A DNA stretch of 64,000 bases from assembly GCA_951406725.2 (NCBI GenBank), contig OX597826.1, positions 51,770,001 to 51,834,000 on the forward strand, written 5' to 3'. The notes under the pieces were generated by a model. It did not search any database. It was not told where the DNA came from and worked only from the letters and a program-made list of their open reading frames with translations. This stretch comes from Octopus vulgaris (taxonomy: Eukaryota). Below are positions 1-11,760 of this stretch, piece after piece. The first letter of the stretch is position 1. Every line of letters begins with the position of its first letter. The translations under genes and the position numbers were made by a program.

Positions 1-40
<40 letters not shown>

Positions 41-43
<3 letters not shown>

Positions 44-593
44 GGCATTATTACACATACATGCCACACGCTAAGAGGGACAATTAGTCATTTCTACCAA
101 AAAATTTTACTAATCATACCCAATGCAATTTTTCAAAGTAAGACATTTAAAAAATGAATTTAGTCTTGTATCACCTGTGATTTCGTACTTACCGCAGTTG
201 CGACCGTACTCATCAGCAAGACTGATTCTGAACATATCATAAATAAACGACCCCGTACCGTCAAAGCCGAACAGCTATCTGCTCCACTTCAACGACGCAC
301 ATGGGGAAGTTTACATATAATACATCCGGTAAATGGCAGGCTTCTTCGAATTGCATTTCGGGTAGGAAAAGTTTTTTCGGAATAAAATTATTTAACAATT
401 AAGGATAACTTCTTAATAAGGGATCTTAACAAGAAATTATCAGGTAGATAGCGTGAAAAACCTCATAAGAGAAAAATTTCGAAAATAATTCTTTCTTATT
501 GAACATATTAATTTATATATAGAGGGCATTATTACACATACATGCCACACGCTAAGAGGGACAATTAGTCATTTCTACCAAAAAATTGTTAAA

Positions 594-598
<5 letters not shown>
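41..598 (-). mobile_element. Non-coding ~481-bp repeat unit with 66-bp direct terminal repeat carrying a hammerhead ribozyme (retrozyme-like / Penelope pLTR-like)
   Basis: 41-106 is identical to 522-587 (period 481); flanked by (TA)n; homologous to 41695-42332; contains HHR at 162-223. Confidence 0.75.
162..223 (-). ncRNA. Minimal type-I hammerhead ribozyme, intact core
   Basis: Minus strand AGTCTTG-CTGATGA-GTAC(17 nt)GTAC-GAAA-TCAC-AG-GTGA-TA-CAAGACT: 7-bp stem I, 4-bp stem II, near-palindromic stem III, AUA cleavage triplet. Confidence 0.85.
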
Positions 599-639
<41 letters not shown>

Positions 640-640
<1 letters not shown>

Positions 641-845
641 GTGTGTGTCTCTGTGTTTGTCCCATCACCACCACTACCACTTCTCTGTGGGTGTGTTTGC
701 GTCCCCGCAACTTAGCGGTTCGGTAAAAAGGTTTGATAGAATAAGTACCAGGTTTAAAAAATAAGTACTGAGGTCCATTCATTCGATTGAAATAAAAATT
801 TCAAGGCGGTGCCCCAGCCTGAAACAGGTAAAAGGTATAAAAGAT
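640..845 (+). mobile_element. SINE family A, 3' half
   Basis: Matches the 3' half of family A (cttagcggttcgg..gatagaataagtac..aggcggtgccccagc). Confidence 0.7.
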
Positions 846-858
846 AAAGGATATGTAG

Positions 859-1023
859 TACCTGTGGTAAGTAGCTTGCTTACAAACCACATGGCTCCGG
901 GTTCAGTCCCACTGCGTGGCATCTTGGGCAAGTGTCTTCTACTATAGCCTCGAGCCGACCAAAGCCTTGTGAGTGGATTCGGTAGACGGAAACTGAAAGA
1001 AGCCCGTCGTATATATATATATG

Positions 1024-1058
<35 letters not shown>

Positions 1059-1254
1059 TTGTGTGTCTGTTTTTGTCCGCCTATCATTGCTTGACAGCCG
1101 ATGCTGATATGTTCATGTCTCTGTCACTTAGCGGTTCGGCAAAAGAGACCAATAGAATAAGTACTAGGCTTAGAAAGAATACGTCCCGGGGTCGATTTGC
1201 TCGACTAAATTTGATGCTCCAGCATGGCCGCAGTCAACTGACTGAAACAAGTAA
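859..1254 (+). mobile_element. tRNA-derived SINE family A with CORE-like segment and internal (TA)n(TG)n
   Basis: A-box-like tgtggtaag, B-box-like gggttcagtccc, CORE-like cttgggcaagtgtctt; many similar copies in the window. Confidence 0.85.
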
Positions 1255-1659
1255 TATATATATATTATATTGTGAGTTGAATTGCATCCTGGCGAAACTT
1301 TACGTTTACTCGTTCTAGGATCGGTAAAATAGAACATCAGACAAATACTGCGTCGGTGATCTTAGTAATCCTCTTTCTTTATAATTGCTGGTTTTGTGTC
1401 TAAATCAGAAATTAAACGCAGGGAGATGGCTGAAATGTTAGGGCTTCGGGAAAACCGATTAGAGCTATTTGTTACGGCTATTAATTCAGGGCGTTCAACT
1501 CCTACCATGGTCAACTTTGCCTTTCATCCTTCTGCGGCTGATAAAAAATGGTATCATTCGAGTACTGTGGTCGATGCTGTCGACTAGAACCCTCCTCACA
1601 ATATTGCCAGTCTTGAGTATATATTAGAAATAATAATATAAATATCACCCTCCTCCTCC

Positions 1660-1691
1660 TCGTCATCATCATCATCATCATCATCATAATC

Positions 1692-1723
<32 letters not shown>

Positions 1724-1764
1724 AATAATGATAATAATTATCATTATTATTATATTTATTATTA

Positions 1765-1838
<74 letters not shown>
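1660..1838. repeat. (TCA)n/(TAA)n/(TTA)n trinucleotide microsatellite
   Basis: Direct reading. Confidence 0.95.
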
Positions 1839-3404
1839 TCTCGATTTATCTATCGATTCTACAACTAAAACTATTGATACCACTACAACTACTGCTGCTA
1901 ATGCTAATGCTATTTTTTTATTAAGATTAAAGTTTGCTACAGCTGCAATTAATGCTAATTTAAGTCAATAAATTTGATTATTCAAATACATTACCGCAAT
2001 AAACTCAAAGGGAGTTTGAACAGAACAGAAAAAAATATGATATAATATTAATAATAATCACAATATTCTTTGCCTGTAAGCGATACATACAGCATCAAAT
2101 TTCATTAAGTAAAGGAAGGAATGGAGAAATTGAGTGAATATAGACCCAGATTGAATGGCATGTAAGATTTGAAGATTATTGATTAAATTCATTCTGTTGC
2201 CATAGCAGAAATCGAATATAAATCTATGGCAAGGTATAATAAAGATAAATATATAAATAATATACTGGAATTTTTCTTATATCTATCTACGTCAAAATGT
2301 ACGTTTTCTAACTAATCCACGTATGAAGATTAGTAAAAATTCTGGGTGAATGTAAATCTGAATCTACGTATCTTTTGGAAATCAAAACCATTTATGTATT
2401 CTTAACTAATAATTCTCAATGCCATCAGTTACAGCTGTAGGCAGACTAAGGCAGCGCAGCAGCTTATATTTCCTCTCCACCCATCTTGAATTTAAAAATG
2501 TGATTCTGTTATATTTTTTTCTCTCATTCATTCTCGTTGCCGTCTCGTTGCCGTCTCGTTGCTGTTGTGATTGTCGTTATCTCCACCATCATTATCCACC
2601 ACGAACACCACCACTATTACGGCCACCATTTATGAATTTATGCTAATTTCCGAAGTCGGGGACATAAAGGACCAGTGAAGTACTGGGTAGATGACATCGA
2701 GAAATCTTTAAAAATCTAGTGGTTTTGTACTGAACTTTTAAACGACATACATCATTAATGAATGACCCATTAGAGCACAGCGGACATCATTAATTGATGT
2801 TTCAAAAATTGTACATGGATACAGCCATCAAATGATGCCTGAATGTCTACTTCGTCAAATGCGCCTTAGCGTAAGCTGCCCTTATCGATGGGAGATATCA
2901 GGTCGCAAATGAGATTTAAACAGCGATAAAGGGGTCTTTTTCTGACTTTCCTTCCTCATCATATGCGGTAGACGTTGTTTGTTGATAATAATGATAATCA
3001 TCATGCTGACGACGACGAAGATGATGACGATGTTCTTGATAACACAGAAGAAAGTGATGCTTCAATTAGCTCTGAAGGGAGAAAGTGCACCGATTTTTCT
3101 TCCTTTATACAATCTTTGACAACAAAACATGCGAGAATCTCAAATGAATTTATGCTCAAACCGGTTGCAAAAGAACAGAATTTTACTTTCCTGTTGTGAC
3201 TTCTATTGTGCGAGTGACTGAGAGTTATCATTGTTCTTCTACTTATTTAAACAGAAAATAAGTTATATATATATATTTTTCATACGAAAAAAATATTTTC
3301 TTTTTAGTTTTACTCGTTTAGCACACACTTTCATGCAATCTTTTCCCACAATTTAAGGGTCAAATTAGAAGTCACTGTTAAGGCGCTGAGAGGGTTAAAA
3401 ATAA

Positions 3405-3439
3405 AAATAATAACAAGAAAAAATAATAATGATAATAAT

Positions 3440-3504
<65 letters not shown>

Positions 3505-3533
3505 TGATGGTGATGACGACGACGACGATGATG

Positions 3534-3577
<44 letters not shown>

Positions 3578-3683
3578 GATAAATGATAATGATAATAATG
3601 ATAATGATAATGATAATGGTAATAATAATAATAATAATAGTAATAGTAATAATAATAATAATAGTAATAATGATGATGATGAT
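3405..3683. repeat. (TAA)n/(TGA)n microsatellite
   Basis: Direct reading. Confidence 0.95.
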
Positions 3684-3985
3684 ATGGGTCCCGGTATATT
3701 TCAGCAGAGATTCGTCACTATCGAATACTCGGCAAGCATTTTCCGTTCACTACTTATATAGTGGTCTATACTAATCAGTCCTCTGCCACCATCCTCTCTT
3801 TTCATATACAGTCTGTTTACGTTTGCAGTTAACACTTAATACTATCTTTTGCGCTCCCTGTATGAAGGGGAATCCAGGGTTCATTCTCAACTAATTTTTA
3901 GTTCCTTTACTGGACATTTCAGTGGTATTGTATCCTTCTTCAGAGTAGGAGGAAGAGAAGCAGCTTGGTGAATAGACCAAATTCG

Positions 3986-4160
3986 GGGCTAATGCATTTT
4001 TTAAAAGACCTTTTTTTCGGATTCCCACATTTTAGATGTCGGAGATTACGAATATGCAATTATTTTGCATATTCTTTATCTCCAACATCTAAAACGTAGG
4101 AAACCAAAGCTGTTTTTTCAAAAAATGTGTTTTTCAAGAAGTGCGAAACTGCATTAGCCC
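3986..4160. mobile_element. MITE-like element with 11-bp terminal inverted repeats and internal ~80-bp hairpin
   Basis: gggctaatgca (3986-3996) / tgcattagccc (4150-4160); imperfect palindrome 4022-4102. Confidence 0.5.
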
Positions 4161-4374
4161 TCCAAATTCTACAAGTTTGTTAATACATTCAGTAGAGGGT
4201 GAGAAGATCAGCAGTGGGCATTCCTGTGCCATAAGGAGACAAAAGAAGCCTCACACTCTTGGGGTCAGCAGAGATCAAGTGGGTTTATACTACTAGTGAT
4301 CAATGAGAGCGCTGACCTTGGTCTTGAAAAGAACCAGTTTACTTTATTCTATTGTTAATTAGTGATAGAAAAAA

Positions 4375-4501
<127 letters not shown>

Positions 4502-5164
4502 TGATGTTCACATCGTTGCATTTTTGAATTTCTGATTGTAAAAAAGAAATTTCTTTTCTTTATATAAGTTTTGTTGTGGTTTTTGTAATTATGCAGTTTA
4601 TATATATTGGCAGGTGCTTTCTTCCTATTTTTTTTATCGTGCATTAAATTGTGTTGTTCACATATTCGGGTAGTCACGGAGACAAGGTAAAACTTTCACA
4701 CAAAATTGGCAATAGAAAGTAGGCTTACATTTTCGAATATTCAGGGAGAAAGGAAAGGAACAGAAAGGGGGAAAATTTTCACAGAACATTGTAGGTATTA
4801 GAGTTTTAAAATTGACTAAAGATAACCTGTTCTATGTCCGAACTGAGAAAACTGTAGTGTTCTTAGAATAAAAAGGATGTTTACATTTTCGAATACTCAA
4901 GGAGAAAGGAAAGGATAGGTATTCACAGAAGTTGTAGATATTAAAGGTTTTAAAGCTGATCGCTTGTGTGCTTGAAAACTATACATATGTAAGTTTCTTA
5001 TCTTATTTTGACGGAAATTTAAAATGCTCACAGGAAATTGTAGATATTCCAGTCTTTGAGAGTTATTTTCCCGTTGTCCTGCTGGGTTATATTAGTGTTT
5101 CGGGTCATTAATGTCTTCGGCAGCTGAATGTTCTGAGCAGCGAAGAACACGTTCAGTCGCTGTC

Positions 5165-5739
5165 AAGGCTAATACAAGCGCCGCCACGATAAAATGTGTG
5201 TGTATCTTCATTGGCTCTTATGCTGTAAATGTCAATATGAAGTAACAGAGAACTAGCATGAGCATGTACCAAGTAAAGTTATGCTGGAGAATGGAAAAGT
5301 AACGATACTGTAGGACTATGATTTTCAGTCGAATCATGTAATTGAACATCGTCGGTCGGATATTGTCATATTGAATATGAGAAACAAATACTGTCGGATC
5401 ATTGATGTAGTTATACCGAGTGACATGATTGTTTTGAGTAAAGAGGTTGAAAAAATCACCAAGAACTCCGAAATGGAAGTGGAAATGGCAATACTATATG
5501 GAATGCAAGAGGGTACCAGTGATACCAGTGATAATCAGAGCGTTCGACTCAATCCCATTGAAACTCCAAGACTTCTTAAGACAGCTGGAAATCCAATGCA
5601 AAACTGATTTCTTGCAAAAAACAACATTACTAGGCACAGCCCACATCTTAAGGAAAGCATTATCTATCTGAGGTTCTTATTGTGACTTAACAGATAACTA
5701 AAGATTCCAGTACATTTTTACCTACACTGTTTTATGAAG

Positions 5740-5740
<1 letters not shown>
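5165..5740 (+). mobile_element. 3' fragment of R4/Dong-clade non-LTR retrotransposon (restriction-like endonuclease domain), decayed
   Basis: Translation YKRRHD..HWLLC..IL*DYDFQ..EHRRSDIV..IIDVVIP..KEVEKITK..VIPVII..LQKTTLLGTAHILRKALSI* (stop 5669-5671), followed by short UTR and (TAA)n. Confidence 0.8.
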
Positions 5741-5838
<98 letters not shown>

Positions 5839-5839
5839 T
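5741..5839 (+). repeat. (TAA)n tract at the 3' junction of the Dong-like element
   Basis: Direct reading. Confidence 0.95.
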
Positions 5840-6424
5840 AAATTACAGGAAGGCCTACAAGTGTATACTACACACTTGGCTCTTGGGATGTCTGAGGTCG
5901 CTCGCAGAACATAAACCACTTTCTTGTGAAAGTAATGAGAGAACAGAAAGTAGAACTAATATGTGCAAATAAATGGCTTTCAGATGTGCATAACGAATGG
6001 AGCTGTATGTGTAGTATTTTGGAAGTGTGCTTATGTGTGTAGAGTGTGCAAGTGCGTGGAGTACATGTATAAGGTGGTGGTGGTTTCGAAATTTTATTGT
6101 CGCTGTGTGAGAGGAAAGCGTGGAAGTGAGAAGATGGGAGCAGACCAAGTGTGAGTGAAAAAGAAAGGTAGGAGGAATATGGAGTATATGGTGTAAGTAT
6201 GTGCTGTGGTAATGGTATGAGACTATGTTGCCTGGAAAGAAAACATGAACAAGTGAACGAAAGTGAGAAAAAGAAGTGTGAGAAATATAAAAGAAAAATT
6301 TGGAACTGAATAATTAGAATATAATACAGGTACAAAAAAAAATGAATGAAGCACGTAAAGTAGTGGGATAATGAGTGCATGTGTCTTTTGTATGTATATA
6401 TGTATATATATACATACATGTATA

Positions 6425-6499
<75 letters not shown>

Positions 6500-6524
6500 C
6501 ATATATATATATATTATATATATC

Positions 6525-6815
6525 CGTGGAGGCGCAATGGCCCAGTGGCTAGGGTAACTGACTCGCGGTTGTAGGATCGCGGTTTCGATTTCCAGACCGG
6601 GCTTTGTGAATGTTGAACACCTAATGCTCCACTATACTCCGGCAGGGGGTGGTGGCAATCCCTGCTGTACTCTTTCACCACAACTTTCTCTCACTCTTTC
6701 TTCTGTTGGCCTGCTCGCTTAGCCAGCGAGTTGGCGTCACTTGAAGGCTCAAACAATGCAAAGCGCATTGTGAACAGCGATCTGTAGCCTGGTTGGTAAC
6801 GGGGATCACGGTGAT
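6525..6815 (+). mobile_element. tRNA-derived SINE family B, tail variant 1
   Basis: gtggaggcgcaatggcccagtgg..actcgc..ggtttcgatttcc head; homologous over full length to 50865-51150; in (TA)n. Confidence 0.85.
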
Positions 6816-7189
6816 ATATATATATATCCATCCATTCGTCCAAACAACCATACATACAAATATAGTTCTGGGTTCCCTATAAATATGTAAAAGACGAGTT
6901 GCTCACAAGTGGATTTTAAATCAATTTTAATATAGAATCTAAACAAAAGTAACATTTTACCAATCAAATAAATGAAATCATCACAAATCTAGCAGGAATA
7001 CTTTAGCCATTATAACAACAACATCAACAATAAGGATAGCAATTGTAGTAATACTATTTCTGTCGGTTGACCAAATTTGTCTCTTTTTGTAATAATCCTA
7101 AAAATACTTAAATCTTAATTATCAAATTTAGTCAATAGAAATAGCCACAATGTGATGATCGTTGCAGCATTTCGAGGAGATTAAATTGT

Positions 7190-7378
<189 letters not shown>

Positions 7379-8600
7379 AGAGAGAGGAGAGAGAGATAAC
7401 CTATTTCAAATATCTATTAAAAATGTCATCACATTAGTTGATTACAGAATAACAGATTATTCTAATTAAAATATTGCTTAAGAAGGATAGTCAATTTGTA
7501 ATGAATGTATTATTCAATTTGGAGTCTCACAGCTTTAGATTCACGTTTGTCCAATTCATAACTGATACTTTCTAGACTATTTTTTTTGCCGTAAAAATAG
7601 GTTATTCAATCGCAATCACAGTATTCTGATTTCAGTTTCTTTCTCTAGGTTTTCCTCTCTCACGATACATGCATATATGTGTGTGTGTTTATAGGGTGTA
7701 TCACAATGATTGAATGCATATCAAACGCAAGTAATGAGGACTGGAACAATAACATGCTTTATGGAAAATGTATAATTCCTAAACAAAGAATGGCGACCTC
7801 TTAACTTGGTATATATCGAAATTATTAAGTAGAATGGATTACACTTTTACATATTCTCTTTATCTAGAAGCGTGTATTCGTTTACCTAAGTAAGACGTCT
7901 TGAAAGAGAAAAAATATTTTGTTGCTTTTATACAGGAAAATAATACATTCTGTATTGTGATAGATGCCATTATATCGTAAATTATATTAAAGATGGTTTT
8001 AGTGATTCTTGAATTATCACTAAAATTGTATAAAGGAAACGGATAGAATCATGTACACAAAACTAATATAATTTCTTTTTTATTCTTAGAAATGTTCACC
8101 TTTTATTAAGTAGTAATTAACAATCCTATAAATAACTTGTTTTTATCCTGGCGTAGTCTCAACACATAAAAGTGTGCATGCAAAGTGTCTTGGTGATTGA
8201 ATCAAGTTCAGTATATGATTGATCATTTTGGTTTCTTTTCACTCTGTACTTTGCCAACTTTTTCAGGAGGTGAGAATCACTAAATTCAATTTCACTTACT
8301 GAATTTCAAACACTTAATGAGCCAACGCTGTCAAATCACCTGATAGAAAGAACAGTTAAATCTTCTTCAAATCACATTTGTGTCTTATTTATTATAAATA
8401 GCGTAAGGAACCCACTTCCCCCCATAAGCTGGATGGTTACGGTCGGAATATCTTTGATCATACGATCAGGATTATCCCAGAACTAAACGAAAATAACACT
8501 AGCAGATTTGCTACATAGATTATGAAGACTTGTAGAAGTTAGAAAATATTGTCGACCTCTGAGGGAGCTGCAAATTCTGAAGATAAAGATATGATACTAA

Positions 8601-8986
8601 AGAAGAAGCACTCCGTCGGTTACGACGAAGAGGGTTCCGGTTGATCCGATCAACGGAACAGCCTGCTCGTGAAATTAACGTGTAAGTGGCTGAGCACTCC
8701 ACAGACACGTGTACTCTTAATGTAGTTCTCGGGGATATTCAGCGTGACACAGAGAGTGACAAGGCCGGCCCTTTGAAATACAGGTACAACAGAAACAGGA
8801 AGTAAGAGTGAGAGAAAGTTGTGGTGAAAGAGTACAGCAGGGATCACCACCATCCCCTGCCGGAGCCTCGTGGAGCTTTAGGTGTTTTCGCTCAATAAAC
8901 ACTCACAACGCCCGGTCTGGGAATCGAAACCGCGATCCTACGACCGCGAGTCCGCTGCCCTAACCACTGGGCCATTGCGCCTCCAC
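8601..8986 (-). mobile_element. tRNA-derived SINE family B, tail variant 2, with 16-bp TSD
   Basis: Head as at 6525; TSD aaagatatgatactaa at 8585-8600 and 8987-9002. Confidence 0.92.
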
Positions 8987-9446
8987 AAAGATATGATACT
9001 AACTTGTAAGCAATTTATTTAAATTTTCACCTTATTCATCGCCTTTGTCAGAATGATTGATAAGACTGAAACGTGTACAGTTTCAAATAAGTCTTCATAA
9101 ACTTGTATTTAAAAAACATCATAGTTCTGTATTTATATTAGATGTACAAAGAAAGGCAAGGTTCATTCACATCACCAGAATGTTAATTCTTAGAATAGAA
9201 TAAAATCTCTTAGTTAACACCTATTTGTAACCCCTTCCTTATTTGACCTATTTCTCTTTAAATACTCTTTAGAGAATCAGTTAATGTGAGTTGTCTTCAA
9301 GAATAGATAACGTTTTTAGCAATTGGAACAGATTATTTTTACCAGTGATCATGTCTGATAGCATTTTACTATAAGACAACTTATATTCATTTTGCATGCA
9401 TAAGCAAAAAAAAAACAAAACAAGACAACATCCTTTATGAATAATC

Positions 9447-9491
<45 letters not shown>

Positions 9492-10867
9492 CAAAGATAT
9501 CAATTAGATTAATAATAGATATACACCTGAATTTGTAATTTTGTCCATTACTGCCTTCTACTTATTTTCAAAAAATGATTTGCGATACTGTCTTACGTTA
9601 TAATTGTGTGAGTGAAGTATAACGTCATCTGCCAAGACTCGAATGCATACAAGCTCAATTATTTCTATTTAACTTACATAAAAACCTAAATCTTGTTTAA
9701 CCACACATCAATCTTAATATGAAACAACTAGCCAAGACAATCCCTGTGTATTTAGAATTACATTATACAATGCGTTCTTTCTTGGGACGTAATGTAATAC
9801 GATTAGAGCCAATGCTACTATAATAGTTGCGCGGTAGCTATTAAGCTTGATCTTATACGTTCCGTGGCAATTTTATTGACACCTGAAAAAACATGTGTAA
9901 AACAACCCAAGCAGTAGTTATGAACATGTAAAGGGACATAACTAAATACAGAAAGAGGTTTCTTTCGTCGCTGTACATTTCTTATATAGGAATTTTTTTT
10001 TCAAAAATAATGAAATCGAAGTGCACCGTCAATATATTGTAATCGGCTTTCTTCAATCCACATGAAATTATCATAATCTGATATACTTATTTTTTCTGGT
10101 TGTTAAACAAAATGCAAAATAATATACTCTATTCATTAAGGTTTGTATAAATTGTGTTGCTTACATTGCCTTAAGGACCTACTTAGCAATATTTAATGTC
10201 AACAGCATATACTAAATGATAGACAATACATGAATTAATTTTCTAGAAATATCCTGAATACAATACAGTTATTACCAACATCTTCAACCCGCGTAGAAAG
10301 AAAAACCAGGAAAAAATCCAATCATAGAAGCATTTCTCAAAAAAGCGATATTTTTTTATTATTATTTATCTACTTTTTTTTCTGGTGTTCAGCCAAATTT
10401 CTCTGGCAGCTTATTTTGGTCACGCTATTTCAGAGGTCAAACAAATATGTATTTAAACACATCATGATCAATACTATTTCTGAAAAGCAACAAAAAACGT
10501 CTGTTCTATTTTATTTTTTTATAATGGAAACAATAAGATTGTTTCAGGGTTCCGATGATGTTTTTCATTTCCTAAAGAAGCGGTGAAACAATTACGGCTA
10601 TATGTGCTTTATTATCTATTAAATCAAGATTGGTAAGGGCTATCTTGAAAAAAAAAAAAAAAAAAACGAGAGCGTAATGGCAACAATAAAATTCATTAGG
10701 TTCTTGGAGAAATAATAGAGATAAAGGGGTGATCGTAGAATCTGAGGAACTTGTGAAGTTCTATGCCAGATTTTCGCAGGGCACACTTTGCTTCTTTGTG
10801 ATGAAGAATAAAAAGGTTGTTTTCAAGCAAGGCATTTAATCAATAAAGGACTCAAACTATTTTATTT

Positions 10868-11064
10868 CACGTTGCTCCAGTCTACTCAGCTGGCAAAAAT
10901 ATATTATAGTTCAAAGAACAAGACTTGTCACATTCTGTGGCACGTTGAGTCTTCCTGAGAATAACGTTAAGGCATGCTCAGCCACTTATACGTTAATTTC
11001 ACGTTGAGGCTGTTCCGTAGAACGAACCAACTCGAATACTCGTCGTAGTAACCGATGGAATGCC
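10868..11064 (+). mobile_element. Old SINE fragment sharing the family-B variant-2 tail
   Basis: gctcagccacttatacgttaatttcacg..gctgttccgt..gtaaccgatggaatgc matches the reverse complement of 8608-8700. Confidence 0.6.
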
Positions 11065-11078
11065 CGGAAATAATTATG

Positions 11079-11272
11079 TTAGACATACTGGTTTAATACA
11101 GTTCTATATTTAAGAGTTGAGGAATTATGTACATTATTTACATTTGACAGATATTTGCCCTCATCTTGTTTGTTGTCAAAACAACGGTTCGGCTGATATA
11201 CCCTCCAGCCATCATCAGGTCTCTTGGGGAAATTTCGAACCAGAGTTCTCATTCCTAAGGTATTTTTCGATG
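11079..11272 (-). mobile_element. Penelope pLTR-like fragment with degenerate hammerhead motif (11178-11223)
   Basis: Minus strand GAGAC-CTGATGA-T-GGCTG(10 nt)CAGCC-GAAC-CG-TT-GTTTT. Confidence 0.5.
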
Positions 11273-11281
11273 TTATTATTA

Positions 11282-11312
<31 letters not shown>

Positions 11313-11319
11313 CATTCTT

Positions 11320-11398
11320 CGGGTCACTTGCCTGGAATCGAACTCGGAATCTTAGGGTTAGTAGCCCGTGCTCTTAACCATTACGCCGTACGCCCGTG
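11320..11398 (-). mobile_element. Short tRNA-derived SINE or tRNA pseudogene with (TAA)n tail
   Basis: Minus strand ggcgtaatggttaagagc (A box), loop ctactaa, gagttcgattcc (B box); no proper acceptor stem; followed by (taa)n. Confidence 0.6.
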
Positions 11399-11471
11399 GG
11401 TTTAATTGATGGTGTTTGTTGACTGATGGAATTTATTCTAGCTACAACTTAATATTTCAACTTATATATAT

Positions 11472-11541
11472 AAAGAGTGCCCAATATCACACGCATATAT
11501 ATATATATATATATATATGCGTGTGATATTGGGCACTCTTT
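11472..11541. repeat. Perfect 70-bp palindrome centred on (AT)n
   Basis: aaagagtgcccaatatcacacgc-(at)n-gcgtgtgatattgggcactcttt. Confidence 0.9.
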
Positions 11542-11760
11542 CGTTAGTCAACGCAAACACGTATATGCATAGATACACACACACACACACACGCACACAC
11601 ACACACACATGCATAAATGTATGTATGCCGATGGGTACAGTGTAAAATTGTGAGTGACCACATCGTAATTTCGATCAACGAAAAGCTTGACGATATAATA
11701 GAAACAACAAATGTTGCAGAGAAGTTAAGTCTTTGCATTTTTGTCAATGGCTAGCATGTA

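Noticed and set aside
2975-3398. Acidic ORF and piggyBac-like end (agggTTAA at ~3390-3397)
   Set aside because: No matching left end or transposase motif found; the ORF is short and low-complexity.
4680-5080. Internally duplicated segments (ttacattttcgaata..gagaaaggaaagg)
   Set aside because: Probably an unclassified dispersed repeat; no termini or motifs to assign.
11320-11398. Functional tRNA gene
   Set aside because: A and B boxes are present, but the acceptor stem does not pair and a (TAA)n tail follows; treated as SINE or pseudogene.
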